From assembly GCA_903937035.1 (NCBI GenBank), contig CAIZXS010000020.1, positions 3,443 through 67,442 on the forward strand: a stretch of 64,000 bases of DNA, written 5' to 3'. This DNA is from an uncultured bacterium. GTDB lineage: Bacteria > Patescibacteriota > Minisyncoccia > Moranbacterales > UBA2206. The stretch's first letter is position 1; every line of letters starts with the position of its first letter. Shown piece after piece: positions 38,164-47,149 of this stretch. Below the pieces are notes generated by a model. It saw only the letters and a program-made list of their open reading frames with translations, ran no database searches and was not told the DNA's origin. The position numbers and the translations under genes were made by a program.

Positions 38164-38193
38164 AACGCCACTCTTGACAAGATGGCGTTTTTG
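38164..38193 (+). terminator. intrinsic terminator after the NUDIX gene, overlapping a promoter
   Basis: acgcca-ctcttgacaaga-tggcgt-ttttt. Embedded TTGACA (38174-38179), 17-bp spacer, tagtat (38197-38202). Confidence 0.5.
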
Positions 38194-38251
38194 TGCTAGT
38201 ATTAAGGGCTATAAAATAAAACAAACCACAAACAATAAAAGGAGGCAAAAA

Positions 38252-38533
38252 ATGAAATTTCCAGATAATTTCATTAGAAAGGTTATGGCAACATACGCCA
38301 ATCCCAAGTACCCAGGAGCATCAAGAAAGCTTAGAAGGATCCTGGTCAATGGGAATGTTGCGTATCTGGAACTGTTTCTAAATGTTGGAGCGAAAAGTCT
38401 TGAAATGGGCTTCTACGAGGAACTCGTCGCTGCCATTGAAGACAGACCAAGGCTAAACGCCAGAAAAATTGCCCACGCACAGCGGGCAAAGTTATACCAA
38501 GAATTCAAAGAAATGTTTGAACACGCGAGCTAA
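38252..38533 (+). CDS. hypothetical protein (93 aa)
   Basis: Strong AGGAGG RBS 7 nt upstream of ATG 38252 (MKFPDNF); the track ORF starting at 38174 was rejected. Confidence 0.45.
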   Translation: MKFPDNFIRKVMATYANPKYPGASRKLRRILVNGNVAYLELFLNVGAKSLEMGFYEELVAAIEDRPRLNARKIAHAQRAKLYQEFKEMFEHAS

Positions 38534-38555
38534 TATACTGTCCGCATTCACATTT

Positions 38556-38594
38556 CGAAAACCGCCAAATTCTCTCAAGGATAGGCGGTTTTTC
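38556..38594. terminator. bidirectional terminator between convergent genes
   Basis: aaaaccgcc-(17-nt loop)-ggcggttttt. Confidence 0.45.
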
Positions 38595-38606
38595 ATTGAT
38601 TGAAAC

Positions 38607-39269
38607 CTAAATACTGTCAAAATATTCAATTACTTGTCCAAAATCCTTGGCCACATAATCAGCTTCTCTGGCGACATTTTCGCGAAAAACATTTTCAACA
38701 TAAGCGATAAACTTATTTGCCACGCCAGACTTCCTAACCTCAAAGTCTGTCCAACCATCTCCAACAATAACAATCTCTCCCTGCAAGCCCAAAGCCTTAA
38801 TTTGATTAGATTTTCCATTAACATTCGCCAGCAAAGAATTTTTATCCACCCCAGTTAAAATTCCTTTTTCATCAAACACAAATCGATTGGCTAGAACATG
38901 ACTTCTCTCTATTCCCAATTTATCAGTCGTAGGAAAAATTAAATCTTCAAACCCGCCAGTAATAATGAAAATATCTTCTTTATTTTTTCTGAAATATTCC
39001 AGATTAGCCAAAACAGAATTGGAAATCTCCTGCTCAAAAGTTTTCGCCACTTCCGCCACTGTTTTACTATTTGTCCGGATAAGTGCAATTCTTCGACTTA
39101 AAGATTCAGGAAAAGTAATTTCACCGACCATTCCCAGCTCAGTTATGCTTTTTATTTCGCAAAGAATCTTCTCGTAATTGGCATTATTCTCCAGCGCTTT
39201 TTCCGCCAACTTATCCAAAGTTTCAACCTTAACTAATGTGCTGTCAAAATCAATAATCAGTTTTTTCAT
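38607..39269 (-). CDS. HAD-family phosphatase (phosphoserine phosphatase-like)
   Basis: DFDSTL motif I, HAD motifs II and III (GDGWTD). Confidence 0.75.
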   Translation of the reverse strand: MKKLIIDFDSTLVKVETLDKLAEKALENNANYEKILCEIKSITELGMVGEITFPESLSRRIALIRTNSKTVAEVAKTFEQEISNSVLANLEYFRKNKEDIFIITGGFEDLIFPTTDKLGIERSHVLANRFVFDEKGILTGVDKNSLLANVNGKSNQIKALGLQGEIVIVGDGWTDFEVRKSGVANKFIAYVENVFRENVAREADYVAKDFGQVIEYFDSI

Positions 39270-39289
39270 ATTTTTTAATCAATATATTT

Positions 39290-40396
39290 CTACTTTCCAG
39301 CCAACTGTCCACAAGCCCCTTCCACCTCTTGCCCAAGACTTTTTCTGATTGTTACACTCATTCCACCTCTTTCCAAATAGTCCCTAAAGAGATGCGTTTT
39401 ATTGCCAGAAGAAGCCTTGAGTTCTTTCCCAGTTTCGTTATAGGCAATTAAATTGACATGCAAAAGCTGACGATTGCCAATTGATTTTAAATAGGTCGAG
39501 AGTGCATAGGCATCTTCTTCACTATCATTTATTCCAGAGAGCATTACATATTCCACGAAAACTTGTCTGTTAGTTTTGGAAAAATAATCCTTGAGCGCTT
39601 TTTTTAGTTCTTCAAGATTATATTTTCGATTGATTGGCATAAACTGACTTCTTTTTTCATCTGTCGCAAAATGCAAAGAAATCGCCAAATTTATTTGCGG
39701 AAATTCTTCAGCCAAGTTCTTGATTCCCTCCGGAATCCCCGCCGTCGAAACGGAGATGCTCCGTGAGCCAAATGCAAAAAGATCCTTATCAATCAAATCT
39801 CTAAGACTTCTCTTAACCTCCTCCCAATTCAAAAACGGCTCCCCCATCCCCATATAGACAATATTACTTATCACTCCCCTCTCCTTTATAAGGAGATTCT
39901 GTTTCTGCCAGGTGGCGGAAGCAGAAGGGTAAGGTGGATTTTTTTCCTGATCACTATTCACTGTTCCCTGTTTTTTGAGGTACTGCCTCCAAAACAAAAC
40001 CTGATCACTGATTTCTTCCGCCGTCAGATTTCTTTGAAATCCGCTTTTCCCTGTCGCGCAAAAACCGCAATTCAGTGGACAACCAACTTGCGATGAAATA
40101 CAAACTGACCATTTATTTTCCACAGGCGAAAGCAAGACCGATTCAATCTTATTCCCATCAGCTAATTTCAAAAGTGCTTTCAGAGATTTTTCATCTTTCG
40201 AAACTAGAACTTTTTCCACTTCAAAAGACAAGATTTTCATTTCTTTTTCCAGCTGTTCACGCAAGTTTTTGGAAATAGTTGAGATTTCCGAAAAATCAGA
40301 AACGCCATCCTGATAGATGGCTTTTTGAATTTGGCTCAGACGAAATTTCGGTTCGCCGTTTTCAGTGAGAATTTTTCTTAGTTTTTCTAGCTGCAT
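39290..40396 (-). CDS. rlmN: 23S rRNA/tRNA adenine C2-methyltransferase RlmN (radical SAM)
   Basis: CPLNCGFCATG cluster motif and conserved C-terminal catalytic Cys. Confidence 0.9.
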   Translation of the reverse strand: MQLEKLRKILTENGEPKFRLSQIQKAIYQDGVSDFSEISTISKNLREQLEKEMKILSFEVEKVLVSKDEKSLKALLKLADGNKIESVLLSPVENKWSVCISSQVGCPLNCGFCATGKSGFQRNLTAEEISDQVLFWRQYLKKQGTVNSDQEKNPPYPSASATWQKQNLLIKERGVISNIVYMGMGEPFLNWEEVKRSLRDLIDKDLFAFGSRSISVSTAGIPEGIKNLAEEFPQINLAISLHFATDEKRSQFMPINRKYNLEELKKALKDYFSKTNRQVFVEYVMLSGINDSEEDAYALSTYLKSIGNRQLLHVNLIAYNETGKELKASSGNKTHLFRDYLERGGMSVTIRKSLGQEVEGACGQLAGK

Positions 40397-40432
40397 ATTA
40401 TTATTCCAAAACTCGTGTGCTCAAAATTAAAC

Positions 40433-40572
40433 TGTCATCCTGAGCGAAGTCCTGTACTCAGGGCGAAGCCGAAGGATCTGCCCACTAAAACCTCAAGCTT
40501 TACAAATATAAATAAGATCCGATTAACCCAGAGCAGATTCTTCGACTCCGCTACGCTCCGCTCAGAATGACA
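40433..40572. repeat. GC-rich hairpin-pair composite element (MITE-like), copy 3
   Basis: tgtcatcctgagcgaagtc[ctgtactcagggcgaag]ccgaaggatc (40433-40478) ... gattcttcgactccgctacgctccgctcagaatgaca (40536-40572), between rlmN and ogt. Confidence 0.6.
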
Positions 40573-40586
40573 AAAAGAGTTTAGTT

Positions 40587-40916
40587 TTAATTGAAATGAA
40601 AAATTTTCTTCTCAAAATCCACAATCTTACCGTCTCTTACTTTTACCCCATCTCTCCTCAAAAGTCCAGCCTTGACTTTTGAGCCACTTACAAACCCACC
40701 AATTTTTCCATCAGTTTTCACCACCCTGTGACATGGAACAACTGGCGCATAAGGATTGCAATTAAGCGCATTGCCAACAGCGCGCGACGCACCAGGTCTT
40801 CCAATTGCCTTCGCAATCTGACCATAGGTCACTACACGACCACGCGGAATAAGACTAGTTTTCTCATAAACTAAATCAGCGAAAGAATTTGAGGTATTTT
40901 GGGTAAAATATTTCAT
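40587..40916 (-). CDS. ogt: methylated-DNA--protein-cysteine methyltransferase (DNA-binding domain only)
   Basis: VPCHRVV active-site motif. Confidence 0.85.
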   Translation of the reverse strand: MKYFTQNTSNSFADLVYEKTSLIPRGRVVTYGQIAKAIGRPGASRAVGNALNCNPYAPVVPCHRVVKTDGKIGGFVSGSKVKAGLLRRDGVKVRDGKIVDFEKKIFHFN

Positions 40917-40985
40917 TCGGTCCTTAATCGCAAAATATCCAAAAAAACACTTTACTCACTGAAGTAAAAACACCAACTTTCCTGC

Positions 40986-41300
40986 TCACTGATTAATGAA
41001 ACGTAAAGCATATGAAATGAGTAGTATAGCAGCTATCCCAAAGGAAATCCAGCACCAAAGCAAAGCTCTCTTGGAATATTTTATTGCTTCCTCAAAATTA
41101 CCTTCTTTGATCTTATTATTTACTTGAAGAGAACTTATCAAAGCAACTAACCCAGTGGGTAGAAAAAAAAGAATCATTGCCACAATGGACGCCTTCGTGT
41201 ATGAAGGAATATTTGGAACATTTAATTTTACTCCGCAGTGAGCGCAATTTATTTCATATTTTTTTGTTTCTTGGCCACAGCCCTGACAGAATGTTTTCAT
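40986..41300 (-). CDS. zinc-ribbon membrane protein
   Basis: N-terminal CxxC...CxxC (CQGCGQ...CAHCG) followed by two TM helices. Confidence 0.5.
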   Translation of the reverse strand: MKTFCQGCGQETKKYEINCAHCGVKLNVPNIPSYTKASIVAMILFFLPTGLVALISSLQVNNKIKEGNFEEAIKYSKRALLWCWISFGIAAILLISYALRFINQ

Positions 41301-41304
41301 AAGT

Positions 41305-41664
41305 TTAATACATTATTCTTCCCTTTACTAAAAGTAAATATACCAAAGCGGCCGTTCCTATGGAGCCAGCAATTAAGCCAAAAATTATCCTGCCCTTTCC
41401 AAGTTTTCCCGGGTTTTTCTGAAACTGTACCCAGGCAATAATAGAAACAACTAACGCAATTGGCGCAAGCGGAGGAACAAGCGCGCAAAGTCCCAAATAT
41501 CCCGACACAATGGAAAGACCAGTTCTCCCTATCGGCACAACCGAACTGAGATTGACTGATTCATTTTTGTCTATCAATTGACTAGGAGTCTTCAAGTTCA
41601 ACTCACATTTAACACAAAACTCCGCGTTATCATCATTCTGCGCACCACAATTTGGACAAAACAT
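41305..41664 (-). CDS. zinc-ribbon DUF4190-like membrane protein
   Basis: MFCPNCGAQ...CVKCE zinc ribbon, then GLSIVSGYLGLCAL...GKGRIIFGLIAGSIG, typical of DUF4190. Confidence 0.55.
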   Translation of the reverse strand: MFCPNCGAQNDDNAEFCVKCELNLKTPSQLIDKNESVNLSSVVPIGRTGLSIVSGYLGLCALVPPLAPIALVVSIIAWVQFQKNPGKLGKGRIIFGLIAGSIGTAALVYLLLVKGRIMY

Positions 41665-41694
41665 ATTTTTTATTTTTATTTTATTATTAGAAAA

Positions 41695-42249
41695 CTACTT
41701 AATTTTATTACAACGCGAAGATAATTTTCCACTATCAATAATTTGATTCAATTCTTTTTCCAGTTCTCCAAATTCACTGCGACTACCGCAATCATAAATT
41801 TCCAAAAAAGGATCACTATCCACTAGCATGCCAAATAGTTTTTCGGGAGACGGCAATTCCTTCAAGGCCGCGTATTCTTCCATAGTAAGCTTTAAAAAGC
41901 CACTATTGACACTTACATTTCCGAAAAGGTAACCCTTGTTCAGCTTTTTCGGGTAATTATTTGGCAACATATCCGTCATATTAGGATATGAAACGATCGA
42001 TTTCTTGTCTTGGGAAACGCCAACAGGAACCAACTTAGCATAATCTGCTTTTGTTTTATAGATAATAGTTGGGGGTCCTGCTACTGGAGTGACGTCCGAT
42101 TTTTTCATCTCCGTTCCTTTTTCATTCTTCTTACCACTCTCACCGCCCAAAAAACCAGCCCTTCGCAGCAAAACAAAAACGCCGACCGCAACAACCAGTA
42201 ATAGTACAATTCTAATAATATTTTTCCTAGTAGCCATATCTGTTTCCAT
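41695..42249 (-). CDS. membrane-anchored hypothetical protein
   Basis: Single N-terminal TM segment IIRIVLLLVVAVGVFVLL; no recognisable domain. Confidence 0.45.
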   Translation of the reverse strand: METDMATRKNIIRIVLLLVVAVGVFVLLRRAGFLGGESGKKNEKGTEMKKSDVTPVAGPPTIIYKTKADYAKLVPVGVSQDKKSIVSYPNMTDMLPNNYPKKLNKGYLFGNVSVNSGFLKLTMEEYAALKELPSPEKLFGMLVDSDPFLEIYDCGSRSEFGELEKELNQIIDSGKLSSRCNKIK

Positions 42250-42280
42250 TTTTTAATTCAATGTAAATCCTTTTAAAATT

Positions 42281-43186
42281 TTAAAGCCCACACAAACTCG
42301 CAATCCTCGCGAACTCATCATTAACTATTTTTTGAATCTTACCTAGAATCAATTTATTCTTAGGAAGAAATAAATGCTTAAAGCGTCCTTGGGTTTTCAA
42401 GAATTCCGTCACCGGCTTTATTGTTTTCGGTTCCCAGCTTAGCTTATATTTACCATTTTCAATTTCATAGAGTGGCCAAAAATTGGTTTCCGTCGCCAGT
42501 TTGGCAATCGCCACATATTGCGAAGTGGGAAATTTCCAATTATTCGTGCAAGGTGAAAAAACCGTGAGAAAACTCGGGCCATCCACTGCTAAGGCTTTTT
42601 TGGCTTTCATTTTGAGGTCAGCCAAATTTGCAATATTAGCTTGCGCGGCATAAGGAATGTTGTGCGCTGCCACGATTCCCATGAGATTTTTCCGCATTTC
42701 CACCTTACCAAAAGACTCATCTCCAACCGGTGTCGTTTCTGTCCCAGCGCCATAGGGAGTCGCTGATGATCTTTGATTACCAGTATTCATGTAACCACCA
42801 TTGTCATAGACAACATAGAGAAAATTATGTCCGCGTTCGAGTGCACCAGAGAGTGCTTGGAGCCCAATATCATAGGTTCCACCATCTCCACCAAAAGCAA
42901 CGAATTTGATTTTCTTCTTAATCTTGCCTTTTTTTCGCATTGCCAAATACGCCCTTTCTACACCAGAAATAGTCGCCGCCGCGTTTTCAAAAGCACTGTG
43001 GATATATGGCACGTTCCATGCGGTGTAGGGATAGATGGTCGAAGTCACTTCAAGACAACCCGTCGCATTGGAAATCACCACTGGCGTGGTCGCTTCGCCC
43101 AAAATCGTTCGCACAATTGAGGGAAAAGCGCATCCTGCGCAAGCACTGTGACCGGGAGCTAAATTTTTTGCTAAGTCTTTGTTCAT
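42281..43186 (-). CDS. porB: pyruvate/2-oxoacid:ferredoxin oxidoreductase beta subunit (TPP-binding)
   Basis: TPP motif GGDGGTYDIGLQAL...YDNGGYMNTGNQ. Confidence 0.85.
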   Translation of the reverse strand: MNKDLAKNLAPGHSACAGCAFPSIVRTILGEATTPVVISNATGCLEVTSTIYPYTAWNVPYIHSAFENAAATISGVERAYLAMRKKGKIKKKIKFVAFGGDGGTYDIGLQALSGALERGHNFLYVVYDNGGYMNTGNQRSSATPYGAGTETTPVGDESFGKVEMRKNLMGIVAAHNIPYAAQANIANLADLKMKAKKALAVDGPSFLTVFSPCTNNWKFPTSQYVAIAKLATETNFWPLYEIENGKYKLSWEPKTIKPVTEFLKTQGRFKHLFLPKNKLILGKIQKIVNDEFARIASLCGL

Positions 43187-43203
43187 GAATTTATCAATTT
43201 AAA

Positions 43204-43890
43204 TCATTTACCCATAAGTTCATCTTTAATTTTTGGAAAATACATCCTCCATGAGAAAGCAAAATCAGCAAATGTATTTACCGCTGCAACAAATAGAAAA
43301 ACACTCAGCCCGACAAGATATGTCAAATTCAAAAAATACACAATAATTAAGATTAAGGCACAAATCGAATTATTCAAAGCCCACCGCAGAGAACTTGCCA
43401 TTTCCAATCTATTGCGATTAACTGAATTTGTTTTAAAATATACAAAATATAACCAGGCTGAATTAATACAGAGTATGATAATGAGAATCTGATAAAAATA
43501 AACAAAATTCGTGATAGCAGAGGCGAGCATATAGAAAAATATGGAATGGATAACCAGGGAAATAAAATCTATAAATCTCGAGGCAGGACTATAATCTTCA
43601 ACATGGGAAGCACCGCGTTTAAATTCTAAATATTTCAAATCAAGATACCGCAAATCACCCAAAAAAAATCGAATAAAAAAAAGTAAAAAAACCACAAAAA
43701 GCAGATTGGTCTCTATGCTCAATTCTTGCCACGGCCGTATATCCCAAATTCCGGTCTTGGCATTAGTGTGCATGATCATATTTTGCAGAGCCACAATCAA
43801 AGGAGCGCTCATAATAACCGTATAAATGATTTTATAGTTCGATTCCAATCTCTCGAGGCTCTTTTTTGATTTTTCTGTAATCTGCCGCAT
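43204..43890 (-). CDS. polytopic membrane protein of unknown function inserted between porA and porB
   Basis: Six to seven predicted TM helices; no recognisable motif. Confidence 0.5.
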   Translation of the reverse strand: MRQITEKSKKSLERLESNYKIIYTVIMSAPLIVALQNMIMHTNAKTGIWDIRPWQELSIETNLLFVVFLLFFIRFFLGDLRYLDLKYLEFKRGASHVEDYSPASRFIDFISLVIHSIFFYMLASAITNFVYFYQILIIILCINSAWLYFVYFKTNSVNRNRLEMASSLRWALNNSICALILIIVYFLNLTYLVGLSVFLFVAAVNTFADFAFSWRMYFPKIKDELMGK

Positions 43891-43897
43891 ACGCTTT

Positions 43898-45040
43898 TTA
43901 ACTTAAATATTTTTCCCGAAATCTACCCTCCAAAATCTGCTCAATCTGTTTTTTGAACACATCTCGTCCGCCCAAGCCATAAACGATGCTGGAAACTTTT
44001 GTATTACTCGCATTTTGCAGACTGACCATAATTTCCGAATACAGTGGTGGATGCGAACCGATTGATTGCGCGCGATCCATCACAATTATTTCTTTGGCGT
44101 TTTTTAGCGCAATAGCAATTTCTGAAAATAGAAACGGGCGAAACAGTTCAATTTTCAAAAGTCCTACTTTTTGGTCTTTCTTTCGCAGGACGTCAATTGC
44201 ATCTTTAGCTGTGCCTGCAACCGATCCAATCAGCACTAAAACTTTTTCTGCACCCTCTAAATCATATTCTTCAAACAAAGCATATTTTCTGCCACTAATT
44301 TCAGCATACTCTTTTGCAATTTTCTTATATTCTTCAGCTACCGTTGCCATCGCCACTTCTTGATCAATTTTGAATTCAAAATAGGATTCTTGCAGTGCAA
44401 CTGGACCGTACGTCACCGGATTTTCAATATCGAGCAGTGATTTTTCTGGAGCATATTCTCCGACAAACTTTTTGACAATTTTAGCGTCCAAGATTTCCAA
44501 ATTCTCCACACTGTGCGAAGTGTTAAATCCATCCATAATCACCATCACCGGCAGTCCGACGCGTTCCGCTAGTTTCATGCCAATGATTGTTTTATCATAA
44601 ACCTCTTGCGGGTTTTCACAAAAAATTTGCACCCAACCAGCGTCGCGAGAGCCCATTACATCGCTATGATCACCGTGGATGCTCAGAGGCGCAGAAAGCG
44701 CACGAGCTGCCACAACCATCAAAATTGGCAAGCGCATACCAGAAGCTATATAGAGCATTTCGTGCATATAGGCAAGCCCCTGTGAGCTTGTGGCTGTTGC
44801 TGTGCGTGCTCCCGCGGCTGAGGCACCAATCGCCGCACTCATTGCGCTATGTTCCGATTCCACTTCAATCATTTCAGTTTCTACTTCTCCATCAGCCACA
44901 AATTTAGCATAAGTCTCAATAATTGGCGTCTGTGGTGTGATTGGATAGATCGGCATCACATCCGGTTCGATTTGTTTTAAGGCATACGCCGCAGCATAAC
45001 CACCGGTCAGCGCCAATTTTTTTTTATCTTTTATTAACAT
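43898..45040 (-). CDS. porA: pyruvate/2-oxoacid:ferredoxin oxidoreductase alpha subunit
   Basis: PFOR domain I (GGYAAAYALKQIEPDVMPIYPITPQT) and domain VI-like C-terminus. Confidence 0.85.
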   Translation of the reverse strand: MLIKDKKKLALTGGYAAAYALKQIEPDVMPIYPITPQTPIIETYAKFVADGEVETEMIEVESEHSAMSAAIGASAAGARTATATSSQGLAYMHEMLYIASGMRLPILMVVAARALSAPLSIHGDHSDVMGSRDAGWVQIFCENPQEVYDKTIIGMKLAERVGLPVMVIMDGFNTSHSVENLEILDAKIVKKFVGEYAPEKSLLDIENPVTYGPVALQESYFEFKIDQEVAMATVAEEYKKIAKEYAEISGRKYALFEEYDLEGAEKVLVLIGSVAGTAKDAIDVLRKKDQKVGLLKIELFRPFLFSEIAIALKNAKEIIVMDRAQSIGSHPPLYSEIMVSLQNASNTKVSSIVYGLGGRDVFKKQIEQILEGRFREKYLS

Positions 45041-45043
45041 AAG

Positions 45044-45304
45044 TTAATTCTTCTTCATAATTATAGCCCGAACCGGACAAATTTGCGCACAAACTCCACA
45101 ACCCTTGCAAAATTCATAGTCAATATCCGCCTTATCCCGCTTATCGTTTTTATGCTTTTTCATTTCAATGCATGCATCTGGACAAAACGGCACACAAGTC
45201 GCACAGCCAATGCACTTGTCCTTATCCACTTCCGGCTTCATATACCGCCAAGAACCAGTCCGGGGAGATTTTTTGATATCATGTTTGATGATTGCGCCTT
45301 TTTC
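45044..45304 (-). CDS. porD: PFOR delta subunit (2x[4Fe-4S] ferredoxin)
   Basis: CIGCATCVPFCP and CKGCGVCAQICP cluster motifs. ATG at 45304 (MEKGAII) preferred, which removes the overlap with the upstream channel gene. Confidence 0.85.
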   Translation of the reverse strand, partial: EKGAIIKHDIKKSPRTGSWRYMKPEVDKDKCIGCATCVPFCPDACIEMKKHKNDKRDKADIDYEFCKGCGVCAQICPVRAIIMKKN

Positions 45305-45314
45305 CATTATATTT

Positions 45315-46349
45315 TTATTCCATTTTAGTATTATCGCCAAACCATTTTACATATAATTCGTCATACTTTCCAGATTCTCGCAATTCCAATAATACTCTAT
45401 TTATGGCTTCTCGTAAAACAGTTGCGCCCTCTTTAGTTACAATCCCATAGACATGCGGATTAAAGACATCGCCCACAATTTCAAATTCCTTCATGCCAGC
45501 ATTTCTGACGAAATAGAGAAGCGATGGTGCATCAAAAACTACCGCGTCCACCAGGCCTGCTTTTAATTTCTCATAGGCTTTTTCAATACGCTTAACCGGC
45601 ACAATCTTAGCATTCAATTTTCTCAAAACCTCAACACTGATTGTTTTTTCTACTGTTGCTACGTTTTTTCCTGCCAAATCCTTATGCCCGCTAATATTGC
45701 CTTGCAATTTTGACATTGTGATAAGGGAACTAGTTTCAGCGATAAAAAAGCCAAAAATAATGTACCCGCCAAGAATCACCACTGTACTGAAAATTCTACC
45801 GATCCAAGATTGAGGAACAAAATCTCCATAACCAACCGTACTCATTGTCACAATAGCCCACCAAAATGACTCAAAAATTCCCGGAAAATAATGACTATTA
45901 AACGTTCCCGCATTCTTCTCCGCAAGCCAAATAATATTTCCAAATACTCCAATAAAAAGAGCAATGCCAAGGATAGCTTCCAATATTTTTTTATACCCAT
46001 TCTTAATCAGATTTCTAATCGTAATAAAAATATTAATATTTTTATCGCTAGAAACTAACACTAAGAGCCCTGACTCAAGCGTATTGTGGGAAAAATCAAT
46101 AATCTCTTCTCGCTCTTTATTGATGGTTATTCCAGCTAGTGCCAAATCCGCTTTTCCATCACAAACACTTTCAAGTATACTGGAAAACCCTACTTTTTTA
46201 TATTGAAAATCCAACTTTAGCCTTCGTGCAATCATGCCCCAAAGCTCGATTTCAAAACCAGAAAAATTCTTCCCTTTTTTCATCACTAAAGGTGGAATCT
46301 CGCTTACAGCAACGGTTAAAACTGCTTTCTTAGTAACACTATTTTTCAT
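45315..46349 (-). CDS. GluR0-like ligand-gated potassium channel (substrate-binding domain split by a K+ channel pore)
   Basis: SBP type-3 lobe 1 (FSGFEIELW...DLALAGITINKEREEIIDFS), M1 helix, pore TMSTVGYGDFVP with the K+ selectivity filter TVGYGD, M2 helix, then SBP lobe 2 (VDAVVFDAPSLLY). Confidence 0.8.
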   Translation of the reverse strand: MKNSVTKKAVLTVAVSEIPPLVMKKGKNFSGFEIELWGMIARRLKLDFQYKKVGFSSILESVCDGKADLALAGITINKEREEIIDFSHNTLESGLLVLVSSDKNINIFITIRNLIKNGYKKILEAILGIALFIGVFGNIIWLAEKNAGTFNSHYFPGIFESFWWAIVTMSTVGYGDFVPQSWIGRIFSTVVILGGYIIFGFFIAETSSLITMSKLQGNISGHKDLAGKNVATVEKTISVEVLRKLNAKIVPVKRIEKAYEKLKAGLVDAVVFDAPSLLYFVRNAGMKEFEIVGDVFNPHVYGIVTKEGATVLREAINRVLLELRESGKYDELYVKWFGDNTKME

Positions 46350-46383
46350 TAATTTTTGTTTTTATTTCCCACTTATCCATCCG

Positions 46384-46953
46384 CTAAATCGCGTCATAAG
46401 CCCTTTCAATCGCTAAAATATTTTTTTCGCAATTCTCTTTGCCGATTTTTTCTTCGAAAATTTTACGGAATTCTTCTAAAATACTCTTCAACTTAACAAC
46501 TTCCGTCACTTTGATAATTTTACCAAGAATTACCGTGTTTGGTCTTGGTTGACCAACGATGGCCATGGAAATTCCATTAGCATCCACGGCGTGAATTTTT
46601 CCGTCGAAACGAATCAAATCTCGAATTTCATGTGGGCTTTTGGCAGAATTGATAATCAGCGCCTCATTTCTATCCAACCCTTCAGTTACTTTCTGACTAG
46701 AAAGCAAAGTATCATCCAAAACTACCACCACATCCGGATCAACAACTGGCTCTTTGGTGCGAATAGCCTTATCGGAAATGCGCAAGTAGGTCTTAGTCGG
46801 CGCACCGCTTCTTTCCGGCCCAAAATTGGGAAAAGTTTGCACAAAATTTCCCTCGAGCACTGCCGCCTGCGCAATAATTTCTGCCGCGGTTTTTGCCCCT
46901 TGCCCACCCCGCGCAAAAAAGATGATTTCCATTGTGTCTTTGTGGTATTTCAT
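46384..46953 (-). CDS. porG: PFOR gamma subunit
   Basis: IIFFARGGQGAKTAAEIIAQAA motif. The start may be the internal MEIIFF. Confidence 0.8.
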   Translation of the reverse strand: MKYHKDTMEIIFFARGGQGAKTAAEIIAQAAVLEGNFVQTFPNFGPERSGAPTKTYLRISDKAIRTKEPVVDPDVVVVLDDTLLSSQKVTEGLDRNEALIINSAKSPHEIRDLIRFDGKIHAVDANGISMAIVGQPRPNTVILGKIIKVTEVVKLKSILEEFRKIFEEKIGKENCEKNILAIERAYDAI

Positions 46954-46988
46954 ATGGATAGTATAGCATAAATTTATTTATTATTGTA

Positions 46989-47019
46989 GAGACGAGCCCG
47001 CCGGCTGGCGGGCTCGTCT
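46989..47019. other. perfect 12-13-bp GC-rich hairpin upstream of the por operon
   Basis: agacgagcccgcc-ggct-ggcgggctcgtct. A second hairpin agacgag-acaatgc-ctcgtttct at ~47060-47083 shares the same stem sequence. Confidence 0.5.
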
Positions 47020-47097
47020 TAGCGCTATTGACTTACCGCCCTAACATTGTATGTTTTTTAGACGAGACAATGCCTCGTTTCTACAATTATTGCCAAA

Positions 47098-47128
47098 CTA
47101 AAAAAAGACGCCCTGGCAGGACGTCTTC
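47098..47128 (-). terminator. intrinsic terminator downstream of the DsbA-like gene
   Basis: Minus strand aagacg-tcctgccaggg-cgtctt followed by ttttttt. Confidence 0.6.
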
Positions 47129-47149
47129 ACAATCCAGGATAAACAAATC

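Noticed and set aside
38174-38251. Longer start (ATG 38174) for the hypothetical protein
   Set aside because: That ATG lies inside the NUDIX terminator/promoter; a strong AGGAGG RBS precedes ATG 38252.
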